DNA of 37,510 nt from Seison nebaliae (lineage: Eukaryota), in contig JALJEE010002483.1 in assembly GCA_023231475.1 (NCBI GenBank), positions 1-37,510 of the forward strand. The letters are read 5' to 3'. The position numbers were made by a program, and so were the translations under genes. The notes under the pieces are model-generated. The model did not search any database and was not told the origin of the DNA. It saw only the letters and a program-made list of their open reading frames with translations. Positions 24,217 to 37,000 of this stretch are shown here, in pieces; position 1 is the first letter of the stretch; the number at the start of each line of letters is the position of its first letter.

Positions 24217-24381
24217 CAAACTGAAATCAGATTGAGAAGAAGAAAAAAATATTGTGATGAGAAAAAAGAGAAAATATTCTGATAAAAGAAAATAATATAT
24301 TTAAAAGAAAACAATTCCATTTGGAGGAAATTTCAATTAGAAAATTAGAAAGACAATTTTTAAAAAGTTTTTTTTTCTTAT

Positions 24382-27300
24382 TTAATTATTATTATTTGCC
24401 AATTGTTTCTGACGTGAATGGAAAACGTCCATTTTATTAACTTTACTTAAATCGATTTTATTACCAAGCATCGAATCGTCATTACTCCTTCCCCCCATTG
24501 TCATTTCGATATCGTCGTCATTTAATTTCAAAATTGGAAAATCGATTTGTTCCAAAATTTTCAATAATTTCTCGATGATGACGAAAGGACCAATGAAACA
24601 TCGTGGATGTGGTAATCGATTGATTAAGACGTTGATACATGTTGGTGTTGGTACTCCGAAATCAGGAATGAGGAAATCATTCAATTCATCTTTGTACATA
24701 GGACGATATGGTAACATTTGTTTGAGATCAGGTAGAATGAGTTGACTTGTCGATTGATTAAATGACTCGATATTTTCTTTTGGTTTATTAGAAGAATTGG
24801 TATTCATGAAAATAGTTGATTTTCTACTTAATAATTGATCGAATAATTGTACGTCAAATCTTGTCAATTGACAACCTCTCAACGATTTTAAGGATTGAGG
24901 GAAATCTGTACTTTGTTTTATCCAAATATCATCCAACAGAAATTGATTAACAGAGAAATTTATTTCTGATTTATTTCCTTTTGATTCTTCTTTGTTGCAA
25001 TGGGAATTGATGACGTTCATAAGATAAGTGGATGATAATGTCTCCAAATCAGAATCTTCACTCAATTCCATATTATTGGTTAGAAGTGAATATTGTTTAA
25101 TGAGATGAATAAATGATTTTTTCAAATTCTCTTCACTTCTCTCCAATATCCGATCACGATTAATTAATTTGCGGAAGAAATCCACCGAAAATAAATTGGT
25201 CAATGATGATGGTAATAAATCATCGAATGTATATCTCATGAGAATCACATCCTCCAACATCGGAATGATTTCTTCATCATTATTATCGGTATCGATATTA
25301 TCAATTTTTGATGAGGCCAAATGAACGAAATGAAGAGCTTCTTTTGAATATTTTCCGTTGGATAAATTGATAATATTGATGGGGAAACAATGAATCATTT
25401 GATAATAAGATAATCTTTCCCATAATTGAAAGATTTCTATTTTATTGAACGATGAATTAATACATTGATGTAATGTCTCGAACATCGACATCATTTCATG
25501 ATGTTCCCCATCGAATAAATCGAAACATTTCTTCAAACATTTCGCATTAGTTTGAAAATTTAAGAGAATCGTTTCCATGAGAATATCGGAAGATTTCTTA
25601 TTTTTCTTTTTTTCATTTTGACGATGATGACATTGTTGGAATTGGAGGAAATAAATAAATAATTGATGACCAATCAATTTATCATTTCCTTTCGTATTTC
25701 GATTCTCTCGTTCGTATGTCGTATAAGTTCGACGTGCATGAGTAAAAACATTTCTCGCTTGTTCCATTCCTTTGGAAGGGAAGATAATTGATGGAAATGA
25801 ATGAAGAAATATGGAAACCATAATTTCGTTGGGAGAAATTGATATATTGAATGTAGAAAGATGTCAATGGAATTGCATTCGTTAACGGAGCATATTCGAT
25901 GAAAGTGATTGATAATAATTCATTAAAATTAATCGATGACATATCTTCGTTATCTTTACAAGAAATTTTAAAATTATAAAATTAATTAACAATTAATTAA
26001 CAATTGTTCGACATTTTCATTCTCTTCAATTCATTCTTATTCATATTCAATCGATTTTTTTGTTCATATCGTTGATCATTATACCAAAGAACACGATTAA
26101 TATATGATTGATAGATGTCATTCGCTTTATCAATATTTCCATTCAACTGTGAATGAAGAGAATGTGAAATTTTGGGAAAATAAAGGAAAAGGAAAGAGAC
26201 TTCATGATAATTGGCATATATCAAATTAAATAACGGATCGTAACACATGAAAGTGTTGACAGCTCTCTCTAATCTGAGAAGGATTTCATTCGAGATCGAT
26301 GTCTCATCAATATTTTTTTCATCTATATATCATCATCATCATCATCATCATCATGGATTGATTGAGAGAAATGGATATAATTTGAGAAAAGTTTTTTCCG
26401 AAACAAAAATAAAAGAATTGATGAGAAATAATTTGAATGAAGGAAAGAAGAAACTTTTATTTAATTTACAAATATTATGTAAACGTTCAAGAAGGAATGT
26501 TATTGATTCATACCAGATATCCGTATGATAAGCAAGTGTCAACAAAGCTTGATCATAAAAGAAGAGAATTCGTTCGATGAATTGTGTCTCGTCCAATTTG
26601 AGAGGATTCGTTTTCTCCCAATCCAAATAAGCTTTCCAACATCTCTTATGAGTCACTTCCTCCTCAATCAATCGATTACAATTTCGTTTCTCATTCTCCT
26701 TCAATTCGTCTAATCGATAAGTTCTTTTCAATTCATCATCAAATTTATTTCCTGGAGTTCTCGATCGAATAACGGAATTGAGATAAGAAGCCAATGGACA
26801 GAATGGTGGAAGTGCAGATCGTATTGTAGATCTCGATATCAGTTGTTGATATAACGAAATTTTCGGGATGATATTCGACGATAAATTCTGATACGATGTC
26901 GATCGTTCATCGATGAATCGTCTGGCGGACCGTTTGTCATGATTATTTTCGAATTGAGTGAAATCTCGCCACATATTCTCTAACGAATCGATTGGTAATT
27001 GAAATAGTCGTTGATATAATCGACGACAATTAGATAATGTCTCAACAGACGTTGTATTAGATGATGATGGTGTGGAAGTGGATGGAAGTAGAACTGAATT
27101 ATTCGGATCATTTTTCAATAAATTAATATAATCCATCCAAATCATTGAAGAATTGTATGATAGTCCAATATTATTTATTGCTGTTTCATAAGCCTTTCTC
27201 AATTTCCCATTCATTTCTTTCATTTCATCAATCGACTCTTCATTCGATGACTCTTCTTCACCGTTTCCCGATAATTTCAATAATTTCAAATAATTCAAAT

Positions 27301-27583
27301 ACATTTGCCACAACTTCACATGTGGATATAACGGGAGACATTTACTAAACAATTTTTCCAGACACACGAAATTCCGTCGTTCGATCTCGTACTGAATATA
27401 TAACTCCCAATATTTGAGTGAAGTGGGAAAGATTTTGATGAGAGAATCATATAAATCTCGCGATTGGACGATCGTTTTCTGCTCGATCAAATTCAACAAA
27501 TTATTCCAACATTCTTCGTCACGATAATTCTCTCGAATTTCTTCCTTGATTCGGTTGATATTCCGTTCATCACGCGTCGCCAT
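24382..27583 (-). CDS. CSTF3: Cleavage stimulation factor 77 kDa subunit (CstF-77/Rna14/Su(f)), HAT repeats, divergent (~972 aa)
   Basis: LIKIFPTSLKYWELYIQYE, LFSKCL...VKLWQMYLNY, WKAYLDWEKTNPLK, YDQALLTLAYHTDIWYE, PDLKQMLPYRP, LPHPRCFIGPFV. Introns 26454-26323, 26200-26147, 26001-25954, 25818-25770. Confidence 0.88.
26329..26353. repeat. (CAT)n microsatellite in CSTF3 intron 1
   Basis: About 8 CAT units next to the intron acceptor. Confidence 0.9.
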
Positions 27584-27792
27584 CTCTTATTGTTCGGAGT
27601 GATTATCAATTCAATTTTCGTTTGAGAAAAATTTGAATTAAAATAAGAAATTTTTGAATTAAGCGTAAAATTTGAATTTTTAATTTTTTTTTAATTAAAT
27701 ATTTTCAAAATTTTTCTTTTATATTTTTTACTTTTTTATTCGTCATTTTTTCGTATTATTCGATTGCATTTGAACGAAGTGTACTTGAAGAA

Positions 27793-28392
27793 ATGCCGAA
27801 TCGTGAACAACATTCACATCGGGAATCGTCACATTCCGGTAAGAGTAGTCGAAGTTATGAATATTCGACTAAGAGACGATCAGAAGATTCATCGAGAAGA
27901 CGGAAACATGATTACCCTGATGATTACGATGATAAATATGAAAGTAAACGATATAAACGACGACACAATTATAATGAAAGTTCGAGAAAAAGATCGAATG
28001 TTTTAGAATCTTCATCGAAAGAAACGAAACGATTGAAATCATCAAAAGCCAAAGCATTCGATTATAAATATGACGATTTATTAAAGAAAAGTGATGGACG
28101 AAGTGATCGATTAATAAATGCAATGGGTAGTAGGAATACCTCAAGAAAATCGGCGAAAAATTTAACGGAAAACGCAGATATTAAATTGAATTTGGAAGAC
28201 GTTAAAGGGAAAACGGACGAGGAAATTGATATGATGATGCAAATGGGTTTTGCTTCATTTGGCACAACGAAAAATAAGTGCACAGGAAATACAACAAATC
28301 TATCGGGTGCTAATATCCTCCAGAAACGGAAATATCGTCAATATATGAATCGTAAAGGAGGATTCAATCGTCCATTAGACTCGATCACTTGA
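27793..28392 (+). CDS. SNRNP27: U4/U6.U5 tri-snRNP 27 kDa protein
   Basis: RS-rich N-terminus; C-terminal EEIDMMMQMGFASFGTTKNK...QKRKYRQYMNRKGGFNRPLD. Intronless CDS. Confidence 0.95.
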   Translation: MPNREQHSHRESSHSGKSSRSYEYSTKRRSEDSSRRRKHDYPDDYDDKYESKRYKRRHNYNESSRKRSNVLESSSKETKRLKSSKAKAFDYKYDDLLKKSDGRSDRLINAMGSRNTSRKSAKNLTENADIKLNLEDVKGKTDEEIDMMMQMGFASFGTTKNKCTGNTTNLSGANILQKRKYRQYMNRKGGFNRPLDSIT

Positions 28393-28502
28393 AATATTTT
28401 CTCAATTTTTTTTCCAAAATAAATTTCATCATCAAACAATTTTCATATGATTTAATTGAATTTAATTAGTTAAAATATTTAAAAAATTATTAGACTTACA
28501 AA

Positions 28503-30760
28503 TTATTTCGCTAAATTATCGTATTGTGTTAAAGCGAGATAAGAAACGGAATAAGTAAAAGGAGTCGAACACCAGAATGGCATAAAAGTATTTTCTTCGT
28601 TATATGAATGGAATGATTGTGGTGTGGTTTGATTGAAATGTTTCACATTCAACAATTGTACAAAATCATCTTCTTCAATTACTCCTTGAACGCCAAGAGA
28701 AAATTTATCAGAAACGGAAGTAGAATTTAATGGAATGTTGGTACCATTCATAAATTGTAAGAAATTGATGGGATAGAAGAAAGGAATTTCCTGAAAAATA
28801 TATGAAAATTTCATAACTTAATATATATAATACTATAAAAAAGTAACTCGATATCCTTTCACTGATCCGGAGAAGAATGCGTTGTGTTTCTTCAAATTCT
28901 TATTAATCGCATTGTTCGTTAACCAATAATGGATTTTGTCCATAAATTGTTTAACGAAAATTGGAGTATTGTCAATATATTTTAATTTGCCACTCGTCTT
29001 ATCATAATAACAATACATATTGATCAAAGTGTTCATGGCTTGACTTGTGGAGAATACTCGATCTTCTCCATTATTAACTTTCTTTCCTTTTTTATCTGTG
29101 TCATTCAATCCCAAGAAATCTTCGAAATATACTTCGATACCGAAAGCGAAATGTGCATTCTTTTTCAACGTTCCAAACACTTTCTCATGGAAAACTTTCT
29201 CCATATTATTCTTGGATAATTTTAAAATTCTATATGTATCTTCTTCCATGAAAACGGGAGGATGTTGATTGTCGATCAAGAAATTCCTTAACATAAATAA
29301 AACTCTGGAAGAGAACCAGTAGAAGTTATAGATTGATGGGTAATAAGTTAGTGCGAGATCAGGTCGACCCTCGAAATCATTCTCCATAATCCAACAAAGG
29401 AAATTTGTCGTATTTAAATAAATCATCTAATTTTAAATTTGAGAATTTTAAGAATATTCAAAAAATTTTCAACTTTTAATTCTGAATCAACAACTTTGTT
29501 AAATTCATCCAAATCATAAATGATGGCTGATGTTAATCCAGATAAAGAATTGGCATTTACTGTTGCATCCACATTATTCACATTGAACGGCATTGCTACA
29601 TTCTCCGATCGTTGCATTCGATCTTCTTCCAAATTTTCAATCTAAAATATCTTTTCAAAATAAACTTATAAATATTCAAATTTAACCCAAGTCGAGACTA
29701 ATGCGATGGGTTCACGAGCCTTTTGGACTTCTTGGAGATAATGTCGAAATATATAGAATGATCGAGGATCTGTTAAATTATTATTTGTTGTATTTGAAAA
29801 CGGTCTACAAATCGATGAAAAACGGTGAATATTCTCATCAAAGGTGAAACTTGTAAGAATATTTTTTGGTGAGTGTAGCTAGTTGTTGAATATTATTAAT
29901 CGATGATTTCCATTGAGAATAGAATTTTCTCATATCACCTCCTGAATAAAGTAATCCGCCTAAATTAATATTTACCCAAGTATCATCGAAATCAGGTGGG
30001 ATATGAAAGGCATCTAAAAATCGATCTCTATTTTATGAGAATATCTTAAATTTCAAAAAAAATATTTTTAAAATTATCAACCCCATTTGTCGGATTTTCT
30101 CAATTTTCTTTATGAGATCTTCCATTCCCAAAATCTTCAATATTTCTTCGATCGTTTTCCATGGGAAATCCTTATCAGGAATTTGTACCAATTCACTAGA
30201 AAACAAAATTTTTTCTCAATAATTTTCTAATTAAAATATCCACCGAATATTCGTTGGTGATGAATACCAGATTTTAGTGGTCGAATTGTAGTATTGAGGC
30301 CAGAAAGTTCGTGAAACTGAATTATTTCCATTATTATAATCAACAAATTTACTAATTGCATCCAATCCTATTTTAACTGCGTCATCATTCAAATATTTCG
30401 CATTTCCTCATAAGCAGAAGTTGAATTTGAATGAATGAAGAAAAAAAAGAAAAAACCATATTTGCTGGCTTCACCTAAAACGATTAGAATCCAAGTCGTA
30501 ACGAAATTATTGTTATCATAAACTGATGATAAATCACTCATTCGTAAATTGACTTCATTCGCTGTTCCGTGAAGATTAACACGAATACGACTCTCAAATA
30601 ATCCTTTATCTTTAGCCCAACTAAAAGGTGGAACAAAATGTTCATCTTTCTTATTCTGATATTTTTCCGTTAATTCTAATAAATCATCAGTCACCTGACT
30701 ACCAGAAGAAAGAGGAATAATGATGACAAACGTCAAAATTAAACAAGAGAGAAATTTCAT
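28503..30760 (-). CDS. Secreted ~636-aa protein with class II terpene-cyclase-like (alpha-barrel) motifs
   Basis: Signal peptide MKFLSCLILTFVIIIPLSSG. Introns 30456-30407 (or a CAG 30 nt further on), 30243-30196, 30081-30028, 29850-29805, 29686-29642, 29473-29427, 28847-28791 give one open frame. Motifs PPDFDDT, VDATVNANSL, YYPSIYNFYWFSSR. The CDS is well supported; the function is inferred. Confidence 0.75.
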
Positions 30761-31042
30761 TTTTTAAATTTCAGATAAATGAAATTTATAAGAGAGTTCA
30801 ACATTTTTTGTTTACAGAAACATTTATTTTTATCATTCGATTGTGGAGTTATTTTTAATTCAAAAGTTTATTCTTTTTTTTATCTCATCCAACCTCCAAT
30901 GAGGACCATTAAAATTAAAAATTTTAATTCAATATTTATTTTAATTCATTTTTTGTATTTTGGCTTATCTTTCAAAAGAATTTTTCCTTTTTGGTATTCT
31001 CATTTTCAATTTGAAATTAATAAAAAAAACCTGTAATTCTCC

Positions 31043-31056
31043 GTTACGTTGACGAT
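31043..31056 (+). promoter_or_regulatory. Candidate RFX X-box upstream of a ciliary gene
   Basis: GTTACGTTGACGAT is an imperfect match to the 14-bp X-box palindrome (GTTRCCATGGYAAC type) and ends 24 bp before the CFAP74 ATG. Confidence 0.35.
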
Positions 31057-31080
31057 TTGTTGAGGAGGAGACTGTAAATC

Positions 31081-34000
31081 ATGAGTTGGGATTCCGCTTC
31101 TAATAAAGATTTGGATTTCATCTTTGATGATTCTGAAGATTCGAAACAGGAAAAACCAAAAAAATCTCGGTAAGCGTTTTTCATTTTTGAATTATATTCA
31201 ATTAAAAATATTTTCTAGTTTTCATATTTATAAGAAAGATGAATTAAAACCAATCTTTCAAAAAGATGAGATTGCGGCGATTTACCAAAGTAGAACATTA
31301 TTGAAAGAAATTGAAGAGATACGAGAAAAACTGAGAGATAATGTGGAAGAAGCAAAGTCATTTTTTTCACTATTCACTTTTGTTTCGAATATTTAATAGA
31401 AATGATCTCAAGAAAGCTGAGATGCAATTGACGGAATTAAATGAAACTTTAGATAATTATGATGAATGTTTAATAAAAACGGGAAATGACATGTTTATAA
31501 TGAATTTTATAGAGAATACATCAAATTTCTTTAGAACTCAGAGAAATCGGTTGTTAAAGAACGTCGATATAGTGTCCCAAAGGAAGGATGAACAATTGGA
31601 AATTGTGGAAGAGAAAGAAAAATTCCTGAAAGAATCTGAGTTAGTTCTCAAAAAATTGAATTAATCATTGCTAAGTTGTTGACAGATTAAAATTAAGTAA
31701 ATTTGAAGTAGCAAGAGCTCAAGACAAAGAATTGGAATGGCAATTGAAACAAAAAGAAGATATGTTGAGTACGTATAAAGAGAAAGCGACAAAAATTCGA
31801 TTTGATCGTGAAAACTTCAAACAGGAAAGTCGTCGTTCAGCGATGGATAAGAAATTGAAGTTAATTCCCAAATATATTTAAATTGTTGACTACGTATCTT
31901 TTAGTGAGTTAGATAGGGAAATTGCGGAACAGGAAAAATTAATTGAAGATTTAAAATCGACTAATACGCAGAAATTGGCAGAGAGGAAACAGGACGCGAA
32001 GAAAATTTATGGAAAGTTCGGGGTTCTTGAATACTAGAGATAATGAAATGGAAATTTCTAGATTGCTGGAAGAGAAACAACAAATTATTCTCGAGCAAAA
32101 TGAAGAACGGAATAAATTTATGAAAAACATTTTAACATATCAACGAAATCGTCAACAAAATATTGTTACTCAATTTTGAAAAATCTTTAAAAATTTTTTT
32201 AAAATAAATTTCTCAAATTTGTTTAACTTTCAATTGAATTAGCAAAAATTGAAGACTCAAATTTATCGTTCGGAAGTGGCAAAGAAAGCAAGAGAAGCGG
32301 AAGATATCCAATTGATCGATGCCATGAAATCTGTTTCGGAAAATCCAAAATTTTTGATGCCAATTAAAACAGCGTTGAAATCGAAAGAAAATCAAAAAAT
32401 GTTTTTTTTTTCAATTATAATCGGTTAACATTATTCTAAATTCAGGAAAATGGGAAAAGAAATTGAACAACGTAAAAATAAAATTTTGAAGAAATTGGTC
32501 GAAGAGAAGAAATCAGTATCAGTAAGAACAATGAAGAAACAATTACGTAAATCTCATTCCAGTACTTTAGTTTCTCGCTCAGTTTTTCTTCTTCTCTTCA
32601 AAAAAATTTTTTATTATTTAAAGGACACGTTACCGCAAGAATTATTCGAAACAAAAGATTTCGATGATTTATTATCAGAAGATGAAATTATCGTCACGAA
32701 GAGATCAAGTGTTATTCTATTAACTCTCTCAGATTTCTCGAGTTTTCTCTGATTTTGAATATTTAGATCGAATCGATTATTTCACTTCCACAACTCGATC
32801 CACTAAATATGAGTTAGACATTCTAATTAATAATTCATATTTCCATTTCCAATTGAATTAGAAAAGAGTATGAAGGATATACGTGCCATCGATAATGAAC
32901 CTCATTTATGGCAAGAAGATATCGAATTAAAAGATCCGAATCATAATAAGAAACTTCGCAAACCAAAAAGAGTATTGAAAACAGATAGAATTTTAGAATA
33001 TGAAAATTCTTTTCTTGATCCATCAGTACCACACGCTACTTTAATCGGTTATCAATTCTCTGAGAAAATTGATGAGAAAAGTCCGGCGGAATTAGTTTTA
33101 AAGATTTTTATTAAAATTAATATGCCAATTAAAAAAATAAATTTTTTCTATAATTACAGGAACGATTGTTTAACAATCTTCATCGACAAAGAGAAAAAAT
33201 TCAAGAAGAAAAAATTTATGCAGGAAAAAAATTTACTGGAGTTCCATTTAGTGCCACACCAAACAAAATAGTTTTTGAAGTTAAGTTTTTTTCTTTCAAA
33301 TTTTAAAATTTGAAAATCAAATTATAAATTGAAAACTTTTTCAGGATTATGATTTAGATGTTGAAAAAAAAATGAAAGTTGTATTAACAAACATTTCTTA
33401 TGGAATGAATTCGATTCGATATTATGGAATGTCTCAAAATTTGAAGGATTATTTAGAAGTTAATTTTAAACCAATTGGACGGTTGTCTGCTGGTTTATCA
33501 TGTGAAGCAGAAATTGTATTTTTTACAAAAGTTTAATAAATTTATATGATTATGGAGAATAATGTGCATGATTCAAATAGCTAAATACAAATTTGGAAGG
33601 AGTAATTGAATTTCAAACAAATTCTTGTAATTTTAAAATTCCGGTGAATATTCGATGCAAAAGTTGTAAGGTGAATAATTTAGTGGAATCTATAGGATAT
33701 TTTAAAATTAATTTTTTGTCTAAGGTATCAATTAAATCGACTGAAATAAAATTTTCCCAAATTATCGTTGAACAAACCGATACACAATATTTAATTATTG
33801 CTAACGATGGATCACTTTCTACTAATTTCACAATTACACCCATATTGCATACACCAACCGTATCAAAAACATCAATTGATGATAAAACAAGTCATAGTCA
33901 ATCGATTATCATTCAACCAAAGACATACATCGAATGTTTATTGGTTCGTATTTTATATTGAGAAAATAGTTGAATAATATAATATTTTTCAAAGACTGAA

Positions 34001-37000
34001 GGAGAACTACACCCAAGAAGTGTAAGAAAAATCCCATTTAAATTCTCTCCAGAAAGTATCGGTGAATTCTTCTACGAATATCTCATCACATTTTCAGATA
34101 CGGAAACGGAAGACGTTATAATTATTTTCAAATATTATTTAAATGTTTTTATCTAAAAATTTTAGAGACATATCTCTTTGACAGGGAAATCATTCGAATT
34201 TCCGATTTATTTAAAAACGAAAATGATCGACTTTAAAATTTGCATGTATGATCGTAATTATCAAGAGAATATCGTTATCGTCAATGAGTTGGATTATAAT
34301 AATTTCTCTGATTTTCTTATGACATAATTTTCAAGTTCTCGAACTACCGTACCATTTGTTATTCATATCGACCACAATTTGGAATCACATTTGAATGTAA
34401 CTCCATCTTTCGCTTATGTTCAAGGCAAATCAGAATTTAATATCATGGTAAAATGGCATCCAAAGTTAATGTTATTTTAGGAATTTCATTCTCATTGTTT
34501 CTTAGAGATACGTTGCCAATTGACGTTCCTGATTATTATGATGAAGAAACGAAAACATTCCAATATCGATTAGATATTCTGATTAAATCTCATGTATTAG
34601 ATTGTTTTATTTATTCGATTCCGACTACGACTGAAATAGAAATTATTTATCCACATCGCATTATGGATTTTGGTTATATCAACACATCAACTTATGTGAA
34701 GAAGAAATGTAAATTGAAGAATCATTCAATTCTACCACAGGAATATGGTTTTGTAGAGAATCCTTCAGTTTTCCATTTTTCTTTGTTTCGTTGAATTATT
34801 CAAATTTGATATTCTCATAACACTTTTGCAGTTCGTCACAATAAAACCAAATAATGGTTTCGGTACTCTATTGCCTCATGAGACAATTGACATTTTAATT
34901 TTCCTAACAATCGATCTACCGGGTGAATATAATTTTCAAATTCTTTGCAAAAATCTTTTAAACAAGTTATTTGACAATTGATGAATTAATTAAGTCCTGA
35001 AACATTTAACAGAGTTTCAACTTTGAAATGTAAAGCAGTCGTTGCATTATCTCCGTTACAAATTAATCCTTTGAAAATGTACTTCACTGACACGGCATTG
35101 GGAGACTCGGAAAGTAAAGATATATCTCTTTCTCAACAAGTTACAGTCGATTCGGCTAATAATCGAGAAAGTATCTGGTATGAATTTGGTCGTAGTGGGT
35201 CATTCACTATAACACCGAAATCAGGTGAAATTCTCGTGAATGGAGTTAGATAATTAAAAATAAATATTTTTTTCTTCAAAATACTTTTCAGTCGAATGTT
35301 GTTACTGTTACTTATAAACCGATAAAGAAGGAACAAAATGAAGAAAATAGTACTACTGATTTTACTGATTATGTTCAAGTTCCATGTTATGTTGGTAAGA
35401 GATATGATAACGATCGATTTATCCATCGGTGCCATTTTTCTTATATTTTTTTAAATTTATTTACCGATATTTTCAGGTCTGAACATACATTATATGTCGA
35501 TTTGTATGGAACGTTCATACATCCTCCGTTAACTATCACATCAGAAAAAGGAACATCAGTTGTTGATTTTGGTCTTGTTCCAATTAACGATTCGACATCC
35601 CAATCACTAATATTTCACAATACAACAAATAAGAAATTAATAGTTTATTATTCTCTACATTAATTTCGATCACAAATTTATGTTAGATCCAACAAAATTT
35701 CATTTTAAATGTTATGAGTCCCTTTTCACTTCAACGAACAATTTACGAAATTGAACCTTATGAAAATGCATTAGCAATTCTCGAATTTAGACCAAAACAT
35801 CCTCACACAGTTCAGAAATTACTTCCCCTTAATCATTTAATACTTCTAGTATTTGGAAAAAACCGTTTTCACATGTAATCTTTCGAGTGCCACTGTGCAT
35901 CTGAAAGGTGTTGGTGTCCAACCAAAATTAGGAATGAAAATCGATGGAAATGAAGTAGCGGATTTTATCGATTTTGGTTACATCAAAGTTGGATTGAGTG
36001 ATCATCGAACAATTACAGTTAATTTCCGTTTTCTAATAAAAATCTTAATCGATATTTTCTCAAAGTTAACAAATAATATGGAAATTCCAATTTCATACAA
36101 AATTAAATTCGCCAGTAACAAAGAAGATTTTATAATTGAAAACAAAGAAAAATATTTATCGAATCCTCATTGTCAACATTCTTCAGTCAAATACGAATTA
36201 CCTGAGAACTCTTTCTACAAAGAAGTTATTAATAATATTGTTAATAAAGATCCTCCGATTATCGGTCAGTTTATTTTTTGAAATTATTCTATTAAATTTA
36301 TTCCCCGATCTTAAGGACCTTATAATGAAAGTGGATGTAATGCATTTGTTGTCAGTAAGATTCAAGGAACAATTAACCAAAGTTCATTCATTAAACTATC
36401 AAATTAATCAAGTGACGATAACTTTTCGGTAAATGTTTAGGTCAAGAAACCAAAATTGATATCATTTTCCATCCAGATCGATCTAGTAACATGTACAGCG
36501 ATATCCTTCGTGTAGAAACTTGTAATGCTTCTAGTGTGTTCGAAATTCAGTTATTTGGTTAAATTGTTTATGTTGAATTAGGGTTTAATTAAAAAAAACC
36601 TGCAGGATGTGGATCAAGAAATTCCATATATATTGATGGGTTGGAAAGTTTCAAAAGTGGAATTGAAGCGGCAGAAATGCCTATTCAAATGGGATTTTAT
36701 GAAAGTTTCTTTACTTCTTATTTATAATATTTGATGTAATATAAAACATCTCTTACAAGATATTAGTAAGATTCGATTCGTAAAATTTCATGCGACATCC
36801 GATATCATAGCACATACTCCAATTCTTGAAAAACGTTTTTTGATCGGAGCAGTATGTGACCCCAACAATACTAAACATAAAACTGAAGTTACTTTCGAAG
36901 ACTTGCGATTGTTAGAAGCGATCGGTGTTACCGTCGAACCGGTAAAAGTTTCGTTATATAAATCAACTTTTTTCATTATTGTGTTTAATATTATTTTTAG

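Noticed and set aside
26247..26528. ORF with a poly-His run
   Set aside because: Produced by the (CAT)n microsatellite in a CSTF3 intron on the opposite strand.
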